Shown here: one piece after another, positions 37,502 to 39,258 of the stretch
Layout: every line of letters begins with the position of its first letter
Numbering within the stretch: position 1 is the stretch's first letter
Made by a program: the position numbers and the translations under genes
Assembly: GCA_032128375.1 (NCBI GenBank)
Contig: JAQBGU010000003.1
Coordinates: 1-39,258, forward strand
Direction: 5' to 3'
Length of the DNA: 39,258 nucleotides
Origin: Deltaproteobacteria bacterium
Lineage (GTDB): Bacteria; Myxococcota_A; UBA9160; SMWR01
The notes under the pieces: model-generated
What the model saw: the letters and a program-made list of their open reading frames with translations, nothing else
The model's database searches: none
What the model was told of the DNA's origin: nothing

Positions 37502-38083
37502 TCGCCACCACCCGCGCCACCACCAGCACTCGTGTTGACTCCGCCACTCGCGTCGCTTGGTGGCCGATAGCGGGTGGGGACTGCACCGAGTGCACGGAGC
37601 ATGAAGACTGTCGTGCATCCTGCCCGCGTAGAAGTCCCATCTCGTTCGTACACCAGGTGGTGCAATATGCCCAGCGCCTTACGCTCCGGCTGCGTAAGGG
37701 CTGTGGACGTTTCCGTCTTCGCTACCAGAGCCATCCCGTTGCGCGACAAGGGCAACATCGCGACCCAAAGAGCGATCGGAAATCGCTGACCCGAAAATCA
37801 GTACGAACGCCAACTTCCGATTCGGACTGGGCCGCATTCACAAAAATACGCGAATCCGCCCGGCACTGGCGTGGCGCGCACTCCAGCCGCTATAGATGCT
37901 GGGCAGTCACTGGGAAATCGCTCCTGGCTACTGCGGTATGGAGCATGGCTCCAGCTGCTGATGACGGATACCGCTCGAAACTGCTGAGTTGGACCTTCTG
38001 ACGCGGCATTTGGGCAGCTTCTGGAACGCTTTCGGTTGGTTGATTCACGCTGCCCAATCACCCCTTCCAATCCGGTCTATCTG

Positions 38084-39258
38084 ATGAAAGTCACGACAAG
38101 AGACAAGAACGAACAGAACGACACAAACCAAGACAAAGCCAAACGGAAATCCGCCGTTTCGGTCGAGACGCTCGAGCAGGGCCCGATTTCGCACACGATC
38201 GAGGTCGAGATCGACGCAGCGCGGGTCCGGAAGTTGTTCGATCGAGCGTTTCGAGAGCTCGCGCGGGAGACCAACGTCAAGGGATTCCGGCCCGGCAAGG
38301 CGCCGCGGTCCGTGCTGGAGCGTATGTACGGCGCATCGATCGCCGAACAACTCGAGCAGAGGCTCGTCTCGGAGACCATCGTCGAGGCGCTGGAACTCGC
38401 CGAGATCGATCCAGTCGCGGAGCCGACGATCGAAGCCGGCAAACCGATGTTGGGGGCGAACTTCAAGTACACCGCGCGAGTCGAGATTCGCCCGACGATC
38501 GCATTGCCCGATCTGTCGGGGCTTCCGGGCGTGCGGCCGGAAGTTCATATCGAAGACAGTGAAGTCGAGGAGCGCCTGGAGACACTACGCCAGTCGAGTG
38601 CACCGCTTGTCGAAGCGCCAGAGGGCACCGCGATCGCAGACGGGCACACAGCGACGATCGATTTCGTCGGCCGGATCGATGGGGAGCTGTTCGAAGGTGG
38701 CAGCAGCCAGGGTGTGTCGATCGAAATTGGCAAGGACCGATTCATTCCCGGCTTCGAACAGCAACTGATTGGAGCACGGGCAGGTGACGACCGCGAGCTG
38801 AACGTCAGGTTTCCGGGAGACTACGGGAACCCCGACGTCGCGGGAAAGGATGCGGTATTCGCCGCGCACATCGTCGACATCCGGAGCCGTCAGGTCGCGG
38901 ATCTCGATGACGACTTTGCCAAGGACATGGGCGAGTTCGAGTCGCTCGCCGCGCTTCGGGAGCGGATCGGGGCGGACCTCCAGGAAGAGGCGGAAGAGAA
39001 GGCCAGGCGCCAGGTGCGCGCAGAGCTGTTCAAGCAGCTCTCCCGGCGCGTCACCTTCGAGCTGCCTGCCTCCCTCGTTGAGCGCGAGATGGACCGCCGG
39101 CTGGAGGAGTTCGCTCGCCAGCTGACGTCCCGGAACCTCGACCCCCGCGAGGCGGGGATCGATTGGGCGCAATTCCGTGAAGCACAACGGGAGCCGGCGC
39201 GGGACGCTGCGGCGAGCGCCCTGTCCTCGCGCTGCTTCCCGGCGATCGCCGGGCCGAT
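38084..39258 (+). CDS. tig: Trigger factor (partial, runs off window)
   Basis: My translation from ATG 38084 contains the ribosome-binding signature KGFRPGKAP, the FKBP domain (IDFVGRIDGELFEGG, FIPGFEQQLIG, FPGDY) and LDDDFAK. Downstream of tRNA-Leu, a common arrangement. Confidence 0.95.
   Translation, partial: MKVTTRDKNEQNDTNQDKAKRKSAVSVETLEQGPISHTIEVEIDAARVRKLFDRAFRELARETNVKGFRPGKAPRSVLERMYGASIAEQLEQRLVSETIVEALELAEIDPVAEPTIEAGKPMLGANFKYTARVEIRPTIALPDLSGLPGVRPEVHIEDSEVEERLETLRQSSAPLVEAPEGTAIADGHTATIDFVGRIDGELFEGGSSQGVSIEIGKDRFIPGFEQQLIGARAGDDRELNVRFPGDYGNPDVAGKDAVFAAHIVDIRSRQVADLDDDFAKDMGEFESLAALRERIGADLQEEAEEKARRQVRAELFKQLSRRVTFELPASLVEREMDRRLEEFARQLTSRNLDPREAGIDWAQFREAQREPARDAAASALSSRCFPAIAGP

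Noticed and set aside
39205..39258. Apparent loss of trigger-factor-like sequence in the last ~50 nt
   Set aside because: At the window edge and possibly low-quality or chimeric; too short to call a frameshift or pseudogene.

Overview
GC-rich bacterial chromosomal segment; gene content resembles Myxococcota/deltaproteobacteria, but that is inference only. No mobile element, prophage or CRISPR array is recognisable. From left to right: partial pilT, secreted hypothetical protein, ampG, small membrane protein, BTLCP/LapG-like cysteine peptidase lipoprotein, secreted trypsin-like+VWA protein, DEDDh exonuclease, LarA-family racemase, amidase-rph-rdgB, ECF sigma/NrsF pair with a likely autoregulated promoter, histidine phosphatase, a kinase-fold gene divergent from a DUF4956-VTC-CotH-GT4 cluster, methyltransferase, several small genes, acyl-CoA ligase-cstA-SDR, DUF3604, VanZ-like gene divergent from a [Ddl-like ATP-grasp::KamA-like radical SAM fusion]-murJ-5-oxoprolinase operon, tRNA-Lys(CTT), metallophosphoesterase lipoprotein, tRNA-Leu(TAG) and partial trigger factor. 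The two best candidates for undescribed systems are (1) the ligase-aminomutase fusion with altered substrate residues, coupled to murJ, and (2) the polyphosphate-polymerase/CotH/glycosyltransferase cluster. Short tandem duplications are also unusually frequent at gene junctions and in protein linkers. Family calls come from motifs recognised by eye; no database search was run.
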